A stretch of 64,000 nucleotides of DNA from a bacterium (GTDB lineage Bacteria > Electryoneota > JAOADG01). The translations under genes and the position numbers were made by a program. The notes under the pieces were generated by a model, which worked only from the letters and a program-made list of their open reading frames with translations, was not told where the DNA came from and made no database searches. Each line of letters opens with the position of its first letter. Positions within the stretch are counted from its first letter, which is position 1. The stretch is from positions 1,568,001-1,632,000 of the forward strand of contig OY820579.1 of NCBI GenBank assembly GCA_963681965.1, in the 5' to 3' direction. Below are positions 9,107-19,657 of this stretch, piece after piece.

Positions 9107-12100
9107 TCAGCTTTCCCGAGTTCTCGATAATTCGTGTTTGACTGCCATACCGATTCGATCCAGCAAATACGGTTTCCGAACATATGCACCGGCACCAAGT
9201 TGTTGGGCTCTTTTCACACGCTCGGTTTCGGAAAAACCACTGACTAAAATCGCTTTTTGATCTGGGTTGTGTTTCAGAATTTGGATATAGGTTTCGAGCC
9301 CGTCGATCCCGGGATCCATAATCATATCCATCACCAATAAATCGAATTTCTTCGCTTTCACCAATTCAATCGCCTTCTCGCCGGATTCTGCCGTTACTAC
9401 TTCATAACCTAGATTTGTTAACAATTGTGCCGCCAAATTACGTTGACCTTCGACATCGTCGATCACCAATATCGCTTCACCCTTGCCCTGCATCTCTTCG
9501 ATCGAATGTGGAAGATCGGTTTCAGTAACTTGTTCACGGCTCATCGGGAAGTACAAAGAGAACGTACTGCCGATCCCCGGTTCGCTGGTTACATCGATAT
9601 ATCCATCGTGATCTTTGACTGTTCCCCAAACGACGGCAAGACCGAGACCGGTACCACTGCGACCCATTACCTTTTTAGTATAGAACGGCTCGAAAATCCG
9701 ATTTAAGTCGTTTTGAGAAATTCCGGTGCCATTGTCTGTTACAGTGAGTAGAACGTATTCGCCTTCTTTCGTGTGGTCGTATCCGCGGATCGGACGATCC
9801 ACGTAAATGTTCTCGGTTTTAATTGTAACCAGACCTTTGTCGGGGATTGCTTCCATCGCATTATTCAATAAATTCATCACCGATTTACTAAGATGAACCG
9901 GAGATCCTTTCGTATTGCACAAGTGCTTGTCCAAATCCGTTTTTACCTGTACATCGGGATGTAATGACTGAATTGATTCAAATTCCGGTGATTCGATGAA
10001 TTCCGAGATTATCGAATTTAAATTTATAATTTGCGAGACCGCAACGCCTCGTCTGGCAAGCGTCAAAAGGTCCTGAATAATAGCCGCGGCACGTTGTCCA
10101 CCGCGCAATATTTGATGTGCATGGTCGCGCATCGGGTTGTTTTCGGGAAGTCCCATAATCAGTAGCTCGGAATATCCCACGAGAATTCCTAAAACGTTGT
10201 TCAAGTCATGTGCAACGCCACCGGCGAGTGTCCCCAACGCCTCCATCTTCTGTGATCTTTGCAATCGCTCTTCAAGGTTTTTGCGTTCTTCCTCGGTATG
10301 TTTTCGAGCAGTGATGTCGAGATGCGTCCCAGTCATGCGGGTTGGAATTCCGTGTTGATCCCATTCGGTTATTTTACCACGGTCAAGAACCCAAATCCAC
10401 TTTCCACTCTTGTGAAGAAGCCGTATTTCACATTCGTAATTTGGCGTTTCACCCGCAAAGTGTTTCTTTAATGCCGATTCCGAAAGTAACAGATCGTCGG
10501 GATGGCAGAGTTGATGCCAAATCTTGGATCGTAAATTAGATATTTCTGACAACTGGTATCCAACAATCTCTGCCCAACGTTCATTGTAAATCGTTTCGTC
10601 GGTGGCAATATTCCAATCCCATAAACCGACCCCCGAACCCTCAATGGCTAGTGTTAAACGCTCTTCTGAGACCTGACGTTTGTGATCAGCTACAACCCGT
10701 TCAGTTATGTCGCGAGCGACGGCATAAATTAGTTCACCTTGCGGATAGGAACGCCATTCAATCCAGCGATATTCGCCGTTCTTGGCACGGTATCGATTTG
10801 TAAAGCTTAGAACCACTTGTTGATTGGATAGCTGGCTGATCGCATGTACTGTCGACTCAAGATCGTCGGGATGAATGAAATCGAGAAACAACTGACCTTC
10901 GAGTTCCGATAACGAGTAACCCAGTGTCTTTTCCCATTCGGGATTTAATCGACGAAAATGACCTCCAGTATCGGCGATACAGAGCAGATCGAGACTGGAA
11001 GAGAAATACCGATCCAGCTCTACGGTTTTGGCGCGAAGTGCGTCTTCGGCTTCTTTGCGTTGCGAAATATCTTTCGCAATACAAAGAACACTAAGTACTT
11101 CACCGGAATCATTCTTGATCGGTGTGATCGTCGTGAGATAGAACGAAGAACCGTTCGTCGTGGGTACTTTACCTTCAATGAATGACGTTACGCCACTTTC
11201 AAATACTTGTCTAACTGCTTCAAATCTTCGATTTGCCTCTTCAAACGAAAATATATCCCAAATTTTCTTGCCGGTTATCTGTTCTGGTTTGGCGCCGAAG
11301 GCTGATGCAAAGGCATTGTTCACGTAACGGTAGGATCCGTCGCGGTTGAAGCTGAAGATAGGATCGGTTGATTCCTCTAGTAGAATCCGATATTTTTCTT
11401 CGCTTTCGCGAAGTGCATTTTCGATGTGTTTTCGCTGAGTGATATCGCGACCGATAATTACAATCCCTTTGCGAGATCCATCCGGGAAAAACATCGGGAC
11501 TTTGATGATGTCGAAGATCAAATCCCAACCATTGGGAAAAGGAATGATCGCATCGAACCGGATTGGCGATCCTGAAATGAAACATTGTTCGTCGGTAATG
11601 GTTGCACGAAGGAACGTCGAGCGGTGAGTTGGAATAAGGTCGGCAAATTCGGTGTCGGTATGATATCGATAGCTCGATGGATCGATTCCGTATAGCGATA
11701 GAACGAAGTTATTCGCTTCGATCCATCGACATTCAGCGTCTTTAAAAATTACAATATCAGGTAACGAATTGATCAAAGTACGTAATTGTTCTTCGCTCTC
11801 ACGCAATGCTTCCGATTGTTGGTTGCTTTGAACTAAAATTCGTTTCAATTCAGCCGTGCGCTGTTCGACCGTTCGACGGAGCGTTCGATTCCAGATAATC
11901 AGAATCACAACCAATAGACCGACAATCGAAACAATAAATGCAAAGTATTTCAAGTATTCTTTGTATTTTGTTTCGGTGCCATACCATTTTCGTTCGATTG
12001 CACGATATTCCGCGGGATCGATTAACGAAAACCCATTTTCGATTTTCTGCAGAAGAGCGCTATTGCCTTTTTTAACAGCGCGATGAAACTCGCCAATATA

Positions 12101-12730
12101 TAACGGATTGGTGTATCGAAATTGACTCTGAAGACCCATCTTATAGAGATAATACAACGCCGGGGGCTTATCGATACAGAAAACGACAACTTTTTGTGCT
12201 TTCACTGCCTCGATAATCGCTTCGTAACTATTGTACTCAACCAATTGCTCGACACCGTGGCTTCGTAAATAGCTGATAGCAGCATCTCCGGATTTGACGG
12301 CAACAACAAACCCTTTCAATGACTCAACTCCGGTTATACCGGAAATGTTCTGATTAAAGAAAATTGGTACTTCGATTTGGGCATATGGTTTCGAAAAATC
12401 GTAGATCAGGTTTCGTTCGTCGTTTTGAAAAATGGTTTCGATGATGTCGTATTCACCCGCACTCATCAACCGGAGGGCTTCACTCCAATCCATCCCTTCG
12501 ATGATAATAGGCGTTCCAGTGCGATTTTCCCAAAGATGCCAATAGTCGATCGATATCCCTTGTAGTTTACCGTTGGGATCGCGAAAAGTAAATGGTGGGT
12601 AGTTGTCGTCAATGACAATTCGTAGTGGTTTTGTGGTCAGTGAATCGGCATGAGAAACCGAGCAGAGAAAGCAAAGTATCCAGCATAACCAGAATAAGCT
12701 TTCAGAAATACGAGGACGGAATATTCTCAT
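9107..12730 (-). CDS. Hybrid sensor histidine kinase (periplasmic SBP_bac_3 domain, 4 PAS, HisKA, HATPase, REC)
   Basis: DDNYPPFTF binding domain, TM, repeated PAS/PAC ending DIT.RK, H-box GGVAHDLNN, FEPFYTKK..GTGLGL, receiver MDMIMDPGIDG; start at ATG 12730 inferred. Confidence 0.92.
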   Translation of the reverse strand: MRIFRPRISESLFWLCWILCFLCSVSHADSLTTKPLRIVIDDNYPPFTFRDPNGKLQGISIDYWHLWENRTGTPIIIEGMDWSEALRLMSAGEYDIIETIFQNDERNLIYDFSKPYAQIEVPIFFNQNISGITGVESLKGFVVAVKSGDAAISYLRSHGVEQLVEYNSYEAIIEAVKAQKVVVFCIDKPPALYYLYKMGLQSQFRYTNPLYIGEFHRAVKKGNSALLQKIENGFSLIDPAEYRAIERKWYGTETKYKEYLKYFAFIVSIVGLLVVILIIWNRTLRRTVEQRTAELKRILVQSNQQSEALRESEEQLRTLINSLPDIVIFKDAECRWIEANNFVLSLYGIDPSSYRYHTDTEFADLIPTHRSTFLRATITDEQCFISGSPIRFDAIIPFPNGWDLIFDIIKVPMFFPDGSRKGIVIIGRDITQRKHIENALRESEEKYRILLEESTDPIFSFNRDGSYRYVNNAFASAFGAKPEQITGKKIWDIFSFEEANRRFEAVRQVFESGVTSFIEGKVPTTNGSSFYLTTITPIKNDSGEVLSVLCIAKDISQRKEAEDALRAKTVELDRYFSSSLDLLCIADTGGHFRRLNPEWEKTLGYSLSELEGQLFLDFIHPDDLESTVHAISQLSNQQVVLSFTNRYRAKNGEYRWIEWRSYPQGELIYAVARDITERVVADHKRQVSEERLTLAIEGSGVGLWDWNIATDETIYNERWAEIVGYQLSEISNLRSKIWHQLCHPDDLLLSESALKKHFAGETPNYECEIRLLHKSGKWIWVLDRGKITEWDQHGIPTRMTGTHLDITARKHTEEERKNLEERLQRSQKMEALGTLAGGVAHDLNNVLGILVGYSELLIMGLPENNPMRDHAHQILRGGQRAAAIIQDLLTLARRGVAVSQIINLNSIISEFIESPEFESIQSLHPDVQVKTDLDKHLCNTKGSPVHLSKSVMNLLNNAMEAIPDKGLVTIKTENIYVDRPIRGYDHTKEGEYVLLTVTDNGTGISQNDLNRIFEPFYTKKVMGRSGTGLGLAVVWGTVKDHDGYIDVTSEPGIGSTFSLYFPMSREQVTETDLPHSIEEMQGKGEAILVIDDVEGQRNLAAQLLTNLGYEVVTAESGEKAIELVKAKKFDLLVMDMIMDPGIDGLETYIQILKHNPDQKAILVSGFSETERVKRAQQLGAGAYVRKPYLLDRIGMAVKHELSRTRES

Positions 12731-12991
12731 GGAATAACTCCGGGTAGAGAGAGTACAACTAAAACACTGATTCGATATGTCACCTAATATGGTTATATCG
12801 AAAAAAATCGGTTCCAAGTTGAATGAATCTGCAATAATTAATCATTTTAACCGATGAGTTCGCGGAATACAAGGAGTAGTGATGAAATATATGGTTTGCT
12901 ATATAATGTATATTAATATTAAATATAACAATTTTACACCAATCAAGACCAGTATAGGCGTGGAAACAGAAATTGATCTTCTTAAATATCA

Positions 12992-13789
12992 CTATGTTAA
13001 AATTAAATGCTTGAGGAGTAATTGGTAAAAATGTTCCGCTGCCTGTTTTTCACGCCAAGGTGTATGACCGCACTTGCCTAGTAGGATAAATTCAAAGTTA
13101 TTTAAGATCCGTCGTAACGGCTGCTCAACTCCTTCGAAAGGTGTTGGGTCGTAGTCTCCATGGATTGCTACGACTGGACATTGAAGAAGTTGAACTGCAG
13201 TTAACAGTCGTCCATCGCTTCGCATTGCTGCTGCTTCATTCCATACCGATTGAAACAGTGCTCCATTAATTTCAAGGTCTTCAGCTTCAGATTTCACATC
13301 TAGTAAATCGTATGAATCGGTCTTTTCACTCAGTTCACCTAGCCGAGATAATTTCTCATCAGTATTTGGATTTGGAGCTGTTGAATGTAACACAGTCAGG
13401 AGTTCTTCAAATTCCCGACGTTCTGCGGATGTCAGCCGGTTCATGCGATTAGAATGTAATGCTGCGACATATTTTGTCTCGAATGCTCCGGAAGAAACCA
13501 GAATCAGCTTTGATACGAGCTCTGGATACTGCGCTGCGACAAAAATCGATAACCAGGCACCCCAAGAGTAGCCAATTAATTGGATTGGAATGGATCCTGC
13601 AGATCGTAACGTATTGCTAAGTTCTTCGATTTGTCCGGTGACAGTGATAGCTGTTTGGAGTGGTTCAAGTACACCGAACTGGCTGGAAAGCCGATGTGCG
13701 ACCGGTGACATTTCACCGGCGGCACCCGGACCACCATGAATTACTGCAATTGTATATGGCGGTTCACCGTAGCGCCGAAGATTGACCAT
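12992..13789 (-). CDS. Alpha/beta fold hydrolase
   Basis: IHGGPG, GYSWG nucleophile elbow, HGDYDP, CGHTPW. Confidence 0.85.
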   Translation of the reverse strand: MVNLRRYGEPPYTIAVIHGGPGAAGEMSPVAHRLSSQFGVLEPLQTAITVTGQIEELSNTLRSAGSIPIQLIGYSWGAWLSIFVAAQYPELVSKLILVSSGAFETKYVAALHSNRMNRLTSAERREFEELLTVLHSTAPNPNTDEKLSRLGELSEKTDSYDLLDVKSEAEDLEINGALFQSVWNEAAAMRSDGRLLTAVQLLQCPVVAIHGDYDPTPFEGVEQPLRRILNNFEFILLGKCGHTPWREKQAAEHFYQLLLKHLILT

Positions 13790-13806
13790 GAATTCAAGAT
13801 CCTTTA

Positions 13807-14790
13807 TTAGAAGTCCAGGACCATTCCACCCCAGGTCAGACCAGCGCCGAAACTGGCAAGAATTATCGAATCACCACGGTGCAATTTTCCGTCGCCGATA
13901 GCGTCGACCATTGCGATTGGAATCGTGGCGGAAGATGTATTCGCGCGACGGTCGATATTCAAATAAAATTTTTCGAATGGAATTTTGGCTTTGTCGCAGG
14001 CATATTCGACGATCCGACGATTCGCTTGGTGAGGAATAATCAGGTCGATATCGTCGATCGATTGATTAGTACTTTCAAGCGATTTCCGAATAATATCGAT
14101 CAGAATGTCCGACCCGAATCGAAAAATCGCTTTGCCGTTCATCGTGATGTAATCCAGTCCAGCGGTACCGACCGTTAACAGTGGTCGTACCGAACCACTT
14201 CCGACCAGCATTAACCACTCCTTGGGTGGTTGCCCGTTGGCGCCGAGATGAAAGTGATGAATCGATTTTGTCTCGGAGCGCGATAAAATCGCTGCTCCGG
14301 CACCGTCACCGAACAAAACGCAGCAAGTGCGATCCGACCAGTCGAGGAAGCGAGACATTGTTTCAGTACCAATGACCAGAATGTGTTTCATCGATCCGCT
14401 ATGGATGAACTGATCGGCGATCGATAATCCATACAAAAATCCCGAACAGGCAGCTCCGAGATCGACAGCGGCGGCATTCGAAGCCCCAATCTTTCCTTGT
14501 ACTTGACACGCGGTAGAAGGCATCATCATATCGGGAGTTAATGTCGCCAATAGAATCATATCCAATTCATCGGCATTTAAATGCGCATCTGCCAGTGCTT
14601 GAATTGCTGCATTGGCAGCTAAATCGGAGGTCGATTCTTCCGGAGCAATGATATGGCGTTGTTTAATCCCGGTTCGACTGACAATCCATTCGTCCGAAGT
14701 ATCGATTTTTTTCGCTAGATCGTCATTCGTGACGATCTGCTGAGGTAAGTATGCTCCTAATCCGGAGATACGGGAATAGTACTCTGACAT
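13807..14790 (-). CDS. fabH: Beta-ketoacyl-ACP synthase III
   Basis: DTSDEWIVSRTGI, AACSGF, LFGDGAGA, PHQANRRI, NTSSATIP, FGAGLTWG; start at ATG 14790. Confidence 0.93.
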   Translation of the reverse strand: MSEYYSRISGLGAYLPQQIVTNDDLAKKIDTSDEWIVSRTGIKQRHIIAPEESTSDLAANAAIQALADAHLNADELDMILLATLTPDMMMPSTACQVQGKIGASNAAAVDLGAACSGFLYGLSIADQFIHSGSMKHILVIGTETMSRFLDWSDRTCCVLFGDGAGAAILSRSETKSIHHFHLGANGQPPKEWLMLVGSGSVRPLLTVGTAGLDYITMNGKAIFRFGSDILIDIIRKSLESTNQSIDDIDLIIPHQANRRIVEYACDKAKIPFEKFYLNIDRRANTSSATIPIAMVDAIGDGKLHRGDSIILASFGAGLTWGGMVLDF

Positions 14791-15222
14791 TCGAAAAACC
14801 AATGATTTATAGTAAGAAAGATTAGTACGTATTGAGATGGGAGTCGGTAACAGCCAGAGACAGGAAAATGTGCATAATTTTTTCATCGGAAAAAAATCCG
14901 TTTGCAACATCACATGCTTTGATCGCACGCCTGACCGGTTCGATTTGTTCGACGATCCAGAATTGTTCTACAATCTTTCGTAATGAAGCTGAACCAATGC
15001 AATTCGTACCGGTATCGGTGACAATTGTGAATTGACTTCGGTCAGCAATTAATAGTAATTCGAACGGCGGATTGCCGGTTCGTAAAGCAGAATTTATTAT
15101 CTTGAGCAGAACTCAATATAAATGATTTATTCGTATGCTGCTAATCGATCTGAATGAGGTTCATACAACACATGCGAGACAAAAAAAATCACCATGAATT
15201 CTAGTCAGTTAGAGATCGACAT

Positions 15223-16365
15223 TTAACCTTCGATTAAATGCGGTACAAACCGACTTGTGTTGGTCGTGATAAGCGTGTTTGATTCGCGAATCCCAATCCC
15301 AGCCGCTTCACCACCGATGACCCATGACCCGATAACGGGATAGTTTTGATTGAAATTGGGTAATTCGCAAAGCTGCTGCACAATAAATCCTTCTTCACCG
15401 TATTCACCACCCGATCCCGCGAGTAATTTATTTTGCTTAATCAAATCGATATTGGCACCTTCGCGAGAAAAAATCGGTTTGCGGGCATAATCGGATAGAC
15501 TATGTGATTCGCTATCGAAATATGCAGGAAGTAGATATGGACAGCTTTTATGCATCCGATAGAGAATCGGTAAAAATCCTTTATTACTAACGATCATTTT
15601 CCAAGCTGGTTCGATCCAATATGCCTTATTGATATCCTTCAAGAGGTTTTGACCGAATTCCTCATGGATCAACCATTCCCACGGATACAATTTGAAAATA
15701 TTCTTGATCGAATCTTCGTTCAGGTCGGTAAATTCGTTGCTCGATCCATTCCAACCGATATCTTCGACCGCGATATATTCAGTCAACAAACCCGCTTGGA
15801 TCGCAGTATCCCGCATGTATTCAGTGGTGATAATATCTTCGGTGTTGTCTGATACCGAAGCGAAATAGACTCTTCGAACGCCAAAGTACGGTTTCAGTTC
15901 AGTCCAGTATGCGATCAATTTCTCGTGAATCGAGTTAAATTGGTCGGCATGTTGATTGAAATCTTGCAACCAGTGCCATTGAACAACCGACGATTCCAGT
16001 AGTGATGTCGGAGTATCGGCATTGTACTCCAACATTTTGGGTACGCCATTGCCATCAAAACGAAAATCGAACCGACCGTAGATCGAGGGTTCGTCTTCAT
16101 TCCATGATCGCAAAATAATAGGTATAAATTCGTCCGGGATGCATAATTGGCTATACAAATTGTGATCGATAATCTGTTGAACAGTATCCAAACACAACTC
16201 ATGCAGCTCGTTAGTCGCCTTTTCCAAGGTGAGAATTTCATTCATCGTAAAGCTGTAATAAGCCGACTCGTCCCAATACACATCGCCAAGAGTGTGAAAT
16301 GAAAACCCGAGTGCTTCGACCTTGGACTGCCAATCTTTTCGCGGAGTAATTTCAACACGTTTCAT
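15223..16365 (-). CDS. Glutathionylspermidine synthase-like ATP-grasp ligase (YgiC/YjfC family, no amidase domain)
   Basis: YWDESAYY, YGRFDF, EYNADTPTSLLE, FKLYPWEW, KPIFSREGAN, SRFVPH. Confidence 0.9.
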   Translation of the reverse strand: MKRVEITPRKDWQSKVEALGFSFHTLGDVYWDESAYYSFTMNEILTLEKATNELHELCLDTVQQIIDHNLYSQLCIPDEFIPIILRSWNEDEPSIYGRFDFRFDGNGVPKMLEYNADTPTSLLESSVVQWHWLQDFNQHADQFNSIHEKLIAYWTELKPYFGVRRVYFASVSDNTEDIITTEYMRDTAIQAGLLTEYIAVEDIGWNGSSNEFTDLNEDSIKNIFKLYPWEWLIHEEFGQNLLKDINKAYWIEPAWKMIVSNKGFLPILYRMHKSCPYLLPAYFDSESHSLSDYARKPIFSREGANIDLIKQNKLLAGSGGEYGEEGFIVQQLCELPNFNQNYPVIGSWVIGGEAAGIGIRESNTLITTNTSRFVPHLIEG

Positions 16366-16718
16366 GAACCAATTCCTCGACTTGACCCGCCAAAACCGCC
16401 ACGGCTACTGATCGCTGATGTTCGACTCGATGTGTGTCCTCCCGAAAATGCGTGCGAAGAACTCCGGAAACGGGATACTTCGGGTCCGTAATAACCACCA
16501 CTCCGGTAGGGGGAAGCAAACGAATTGTGAAAAATGAAAAATGGCAGATAACCCATTCCATAATGATAGTAAGGGCGATAAACCGTCGAAATCGTATCCT
16601 GAGAATTTGTCCACCCGTGAACGGTCAAATCGCGAGTTGTCTCGTCCTGCTTTTTCGAACAGGCTGCAAGCGAGACAGTGGTGATCAAAACCAGTGCGAC
16701 TTGTCGAGACTTTTTCAT
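16362..16718 (-). CDS. YgiB-like lipoprotein with Gly/Ser-rich tail
   Basis: Lipobox SLAAC; C-terminal SSRGGFGG; 4-nt overlap with the ATP-grasp gene. Confidence 0.75.
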   Translation of the reverse strand: MKKSRQVALVLITTVSLAACSKKQDETTRDLTVHGWTNSQDTISTVYRPYYHYGMGYLPFFIFHNSFASPYRSGGYYGPEVSRFRSSSHAFSGGHTSSRTSAISSRGGFGGSSRGIGS

Positions 16719-17092
16719 CGATGAATCCCCTTCATTTGGAAGTAGATATCGAATTCTTTGTTGACAATCGTATCGCGTTCACCGTCCGGTGTTTGCGTTT
16801 TTTCTGTCCCTAAATTGGGAAGCGTATCGCTAAAGACGAACTCTTTGAGTGTCAAATGCTGGGAGTAGATTCTTTGTGTCGTCGTTAATAACGTTCGACC
16901 GTCGGGAAGTCGATAGGAATCAGTGTAATATTCGACACTATTTTCATGTGAAATCGAAGGTGGAATCGCTGTCTCTTCAGTATTGGTCGAAACGAAAATT
17001 GCAACAATGATAATAATCACTGCGATTGATATAAACCCGATTATCAGCAATTTGCGGTTAGTAAATTGCCTGTTTTCACCCATTCTTCCCAT
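16715..17092 (-). CDS. Hypothetical protein with N-terminal membrane anchor
   Basis: Single hydrophobic segment, 4-nt overlap with downstream lipoprotein gene. Confidence 0.7.
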   Translation of the reverse strand: MGRMGENRQFTNRKLLIIGFISIAVIIIIVAIFVSTNTEETAIPPSISHENSVEYYTDSYRLPDGRTLLTTTQRIYSQHLTLKEFVFSDTLPNLGTEKTQTPDGERDTIVNKEFDIYFQMKGIHR

Positions 17093-17110
17093 GGTTCCCT
17101 CGTCGTTTCG

Positions 17111-17455
17111 TTATTTCTTGATGGATACCCAGCGCTGTTCGGACATATATTGGGTAAATGCGGTTTGACCTTGTTCTTTAATCCGATCGATACACGCTTT
17201 TCGACTGGTATGCGAGAGCCATTCGCCCAATCGGATGATCATCGGATTAAACGGTGTACAGTCGGCAACATTGGGAAACTTCGTGCACTCGAAACAGCCG
17301 TTGTACCCGTGTTCGCTGTTGCAAGGTTTGACTTTGCACCAGTTCGATCCGGTAGTAGTATGACAGCCGGGGCATTTTCCCTTCAGATGCCTAGGACATG
17401 CTCCGCAATATAAGCCACAATAAGCAATTAACTTTTCGCTGCATTCGATTGTCAT
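17111..17455 (-). CDS. Cys-rich DUF3795-like protein
   Basis: IAYCGLYCGAC..CPGC..C.VK.C..C.EC pattern. Confidence 0.75.
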   Translation of the reverse strand: MTIECSEKLIAYCGLYCGACPRHLKGKCPGCHTTTGSNWCKVKPCNSEHGYNGCFECTKFPNVADCTPFNPMIIRLGEWLSHTSRKACIDRIKEQGQTAFTQYMSEQRWVSIKK

Positions 17456-17563
17456 CGATTCATCCTGTCTCTAGTTAGATACACACGGAACAGAAGCGGT
17501 TGCATTCTAAAACACTGAGTAAAAAGTATTGCAATGAATCGATTGGATCAATACCTGAACCAT

Positions 17564-17597
17564 AAAAAAGGGTTATACCATTGGTATAACCCTTTTT
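17564..17597. terminator. Intrinsic terminator (bidirectional form)
   Basis: AAAAAAGGGTTATACC-ATT-GGTATAACCCTTTTT perfect hairpin downstream of 17616-18344. Confidence 0.85.
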
Positions 17598-17615
17598 ATG
17601 AAATCGATTTCAAGC

Positions 17616-18344
17616 CTATTCAAACACCTTCTCTAGCCCCAGATAGGCTGTGTGCATTGTTTCAACAGCCTCTTTGATCTTCTTTTCGTCTTTACTGGGT
17701 ATTGTCTTCGCCAGCTCCTCTACCGATGTTGAAAGCGTCGCGCGGGCAGCGATAAAACTGTCGTTTCGTTTCTTCATTCGCTCGGGCAACACTACTTTAT
17801 TCAATAAATCCATCTGTTTCTGGAGTTCAGCTACATCGGATTGGACTTTCAATTGATCGAATTTTACAATGTGATAGTGGTATAGCGGGTATAGCGCTTC
17901 GTGAAATGACTCCATCTCTTTCAAGACGGGAGTGACAATTCGAACCAGCATTTCGTAATTGCGATGTAATTTTTCGGCAGCGTCGAGGATGGCTTGATCG
18001 GTTTTGGAATTCAAGGCTTTCTTGTATTCGATAACCGTCTCTTGCATAGCCTGAACACCTTTTTCCCATTTGACTTTTTTGTCCCGGAGAATTCCGGGAA
18101 GTTCGGATTTTGCTACGGCATCGGCGTTTTTTTCGATATCCGGGAGCAATTTCCCGAACATCTCCATATCCTTATTTGCCCATGCGACATGCCACATTGG
18201 ATAAATCACTTCATGCATTTTTTCCAGTGCCGGTACTTCAGCTTTGACTTCTGTCGCTAATTCGTGTGCTTTCTCTTCCGCGTATGAAAATCCGCAAGCC
18301 AATAATACGAGCATTCCGATGAATACTTTTTCAATCGATTTCAT
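17616..18344 (-). CDS. Exported helical protein with two internal His-containing repeats
   Basis: Signal peptide MKSIEK..GFSYA; repeats MHEVIYPMWH/FHEALYPLYH and EKLHRNYE/ETMHTAYL. Confidence 0.75.
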   Translation of the reverse strand: MKSIEKVFIGMLVLLACGFSYAEEKAHELATEVKAEVPALEKMHEVIYPMWHVAWANKDMEMFGKLLPDIEKNADAVAKSELPGILRDKKVKWEKGVQAMQETVIEYKKALNSKTDQAILDAAEKLHRNYEMLVRIVTPVLKEMESFHEALYPLYHYHIVKFDQLKVQSDVAELQKQMDLLNKVVLPERMKKRNDSFIAARATLSTSVEELAKTIPSKDEKKIKEAVETMHTAYLGLEKVFE

Positions 18345-18545
18345 ATTTGAAAATCCTCGGTTGATGATTAAAGAGCTGCCATCGACAAACAGTCGTATCT
18401 GCAAGAAATGGCAGGGTATACAATTACAATACCGCTTTTTCGCAAATAAAAAAAGGAAGCGGTCAGTTGATTGAACTAATTTCCAAAGTAAGACACTTCA
18501 ATTACCGACTTGTTTAATCGCTTCGTAATACGGAAAATAGCGCCA

Positions 18546-19496
18546 TTAAGAGTGCAGTAGCTCTTGTTTCTGGCAGCCACATACTTCCGGCATGAGCGTA
18601 CAATGATCGATTTTCCAATGATGATTCAAGTGTTCTTGCATCGTATTCAACGTGCATTCCGCTTGTGTTAGCGATTGATCGTCCATTTTTACGTGTGCTG
18701 TCAAGAGTCTTCCACCGGATCCGATCTCCCAAATATGGATATGATGAATACTTTGGATCGGAAACTCCCGCTCGATTTCGGATTGTATCTGTTCAAGATC
18801 GATGTCGTGAGGTGTTCCCTCCATCAGGATATGGAGAGCATCGCGAACGATGTGCCAACCGCTGAATAGCACCATTATCGCCACTACCAGCGAGGCGATT
18901 GGATCAAAGTATTGCCCATAGGGTAAACTGACAAGGAGTGCCGAACCAATAACCACTAGCGAGGAGATCGTATCCTGTAATAAATGTAGAAATGCGCCCT
19001 TCATGTTCAAGTCATCGTGAGCATGAGTTCGGAGCAAAAACATCGCTGCCGCATTGGCGAGTAGACCAATTGATGCGACGATTAGTACGATTCCAGAGGC
19101 GATCGGTTGTGGATGGAGAATCCGTTCAATCGCCTCACGAACAATAAGGGTTACTACAATCAGTAGGGTTGCGCCGTTGAGCAGTGCCGCCAGCACTTCT
19201 GCGCGTTTCATGCCATAGGTATACTTCACTGTCGCCGGTCGCTGCGATAGCCGAATCGCAAATAGTGCGATCCCAAGTGCCGCTACATCGCTCAAATTGT
19301 GCATCGAGTCGGATAACAACGCTAAACTACCAGAATAGATTCCACCCAGGATTTGTGCAATGACAATTACAGCGTTTAACCAGATACTGAGTGATAGCCG
19401 TTTTTGCAGCGACATTCCTCCATGAGGATTATTTTCAACATGATTGTGATGATCATGGTGATGATGACCTTCGTGCTCGTGATGGGTATGCGACAT
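18546..19496 (-). CDS. Cation diffusion facilitator (CzcD/ZitB-like)
   Basis: His-rich N-terminus, SLALLSDSMHNLSD, TYGMKRAEVLAA, NMKGAFLHLLQD, HHIHIW; start ATG 19496. Confidence 0.9.
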   Translation of the reverse strand: MSHTHHEHEGHHHHDHHNHVENNPHGGMSLQKRLSLSIWLNAVIVIAQILGGIYSGSLALLSDSMHNLSDVAALGIALFAIRLSQRPATVKYTYGMKRAEVLAALLNGATLLIVVTLIVREAIERILHPQPIASGIVLIVASIGLLANAAAMFLLRTHAHDDLNMKGAFLHLLQDTISSLVVIGSALLVSLPYGQYFDPIASLVVAIMVLFSGWHIVRDALHILMEGTPHDIDLEQIQSEIEREFPIQSIHHIHIWEIGSGGRLLTAHVKMDDQSLTQAECTLNTMQEHLNHHWKIDHCTLMPEVCGCQKQELLHS

Positions 19497-19657
19497 AGAG
19501 TTTTCCGATTGGAGTTTATACAAAACCTTCGGTGTAATATACAAACATCGTGATATTGGTTGAAACACCGAAAAATTCGAACGGAAGACACACAAAAACG
19601 AGTAACGCCCACTAATTGCAAGTGGGCGTATTCGAACAATATCGGTTGTGAAGATTC

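Noticed and set aside
14791-15222. Possible small gene or ncRNA upstream of fabH
   Set aside because: Short ORFs lack RBS and recognisable motifs; no convincing structure.
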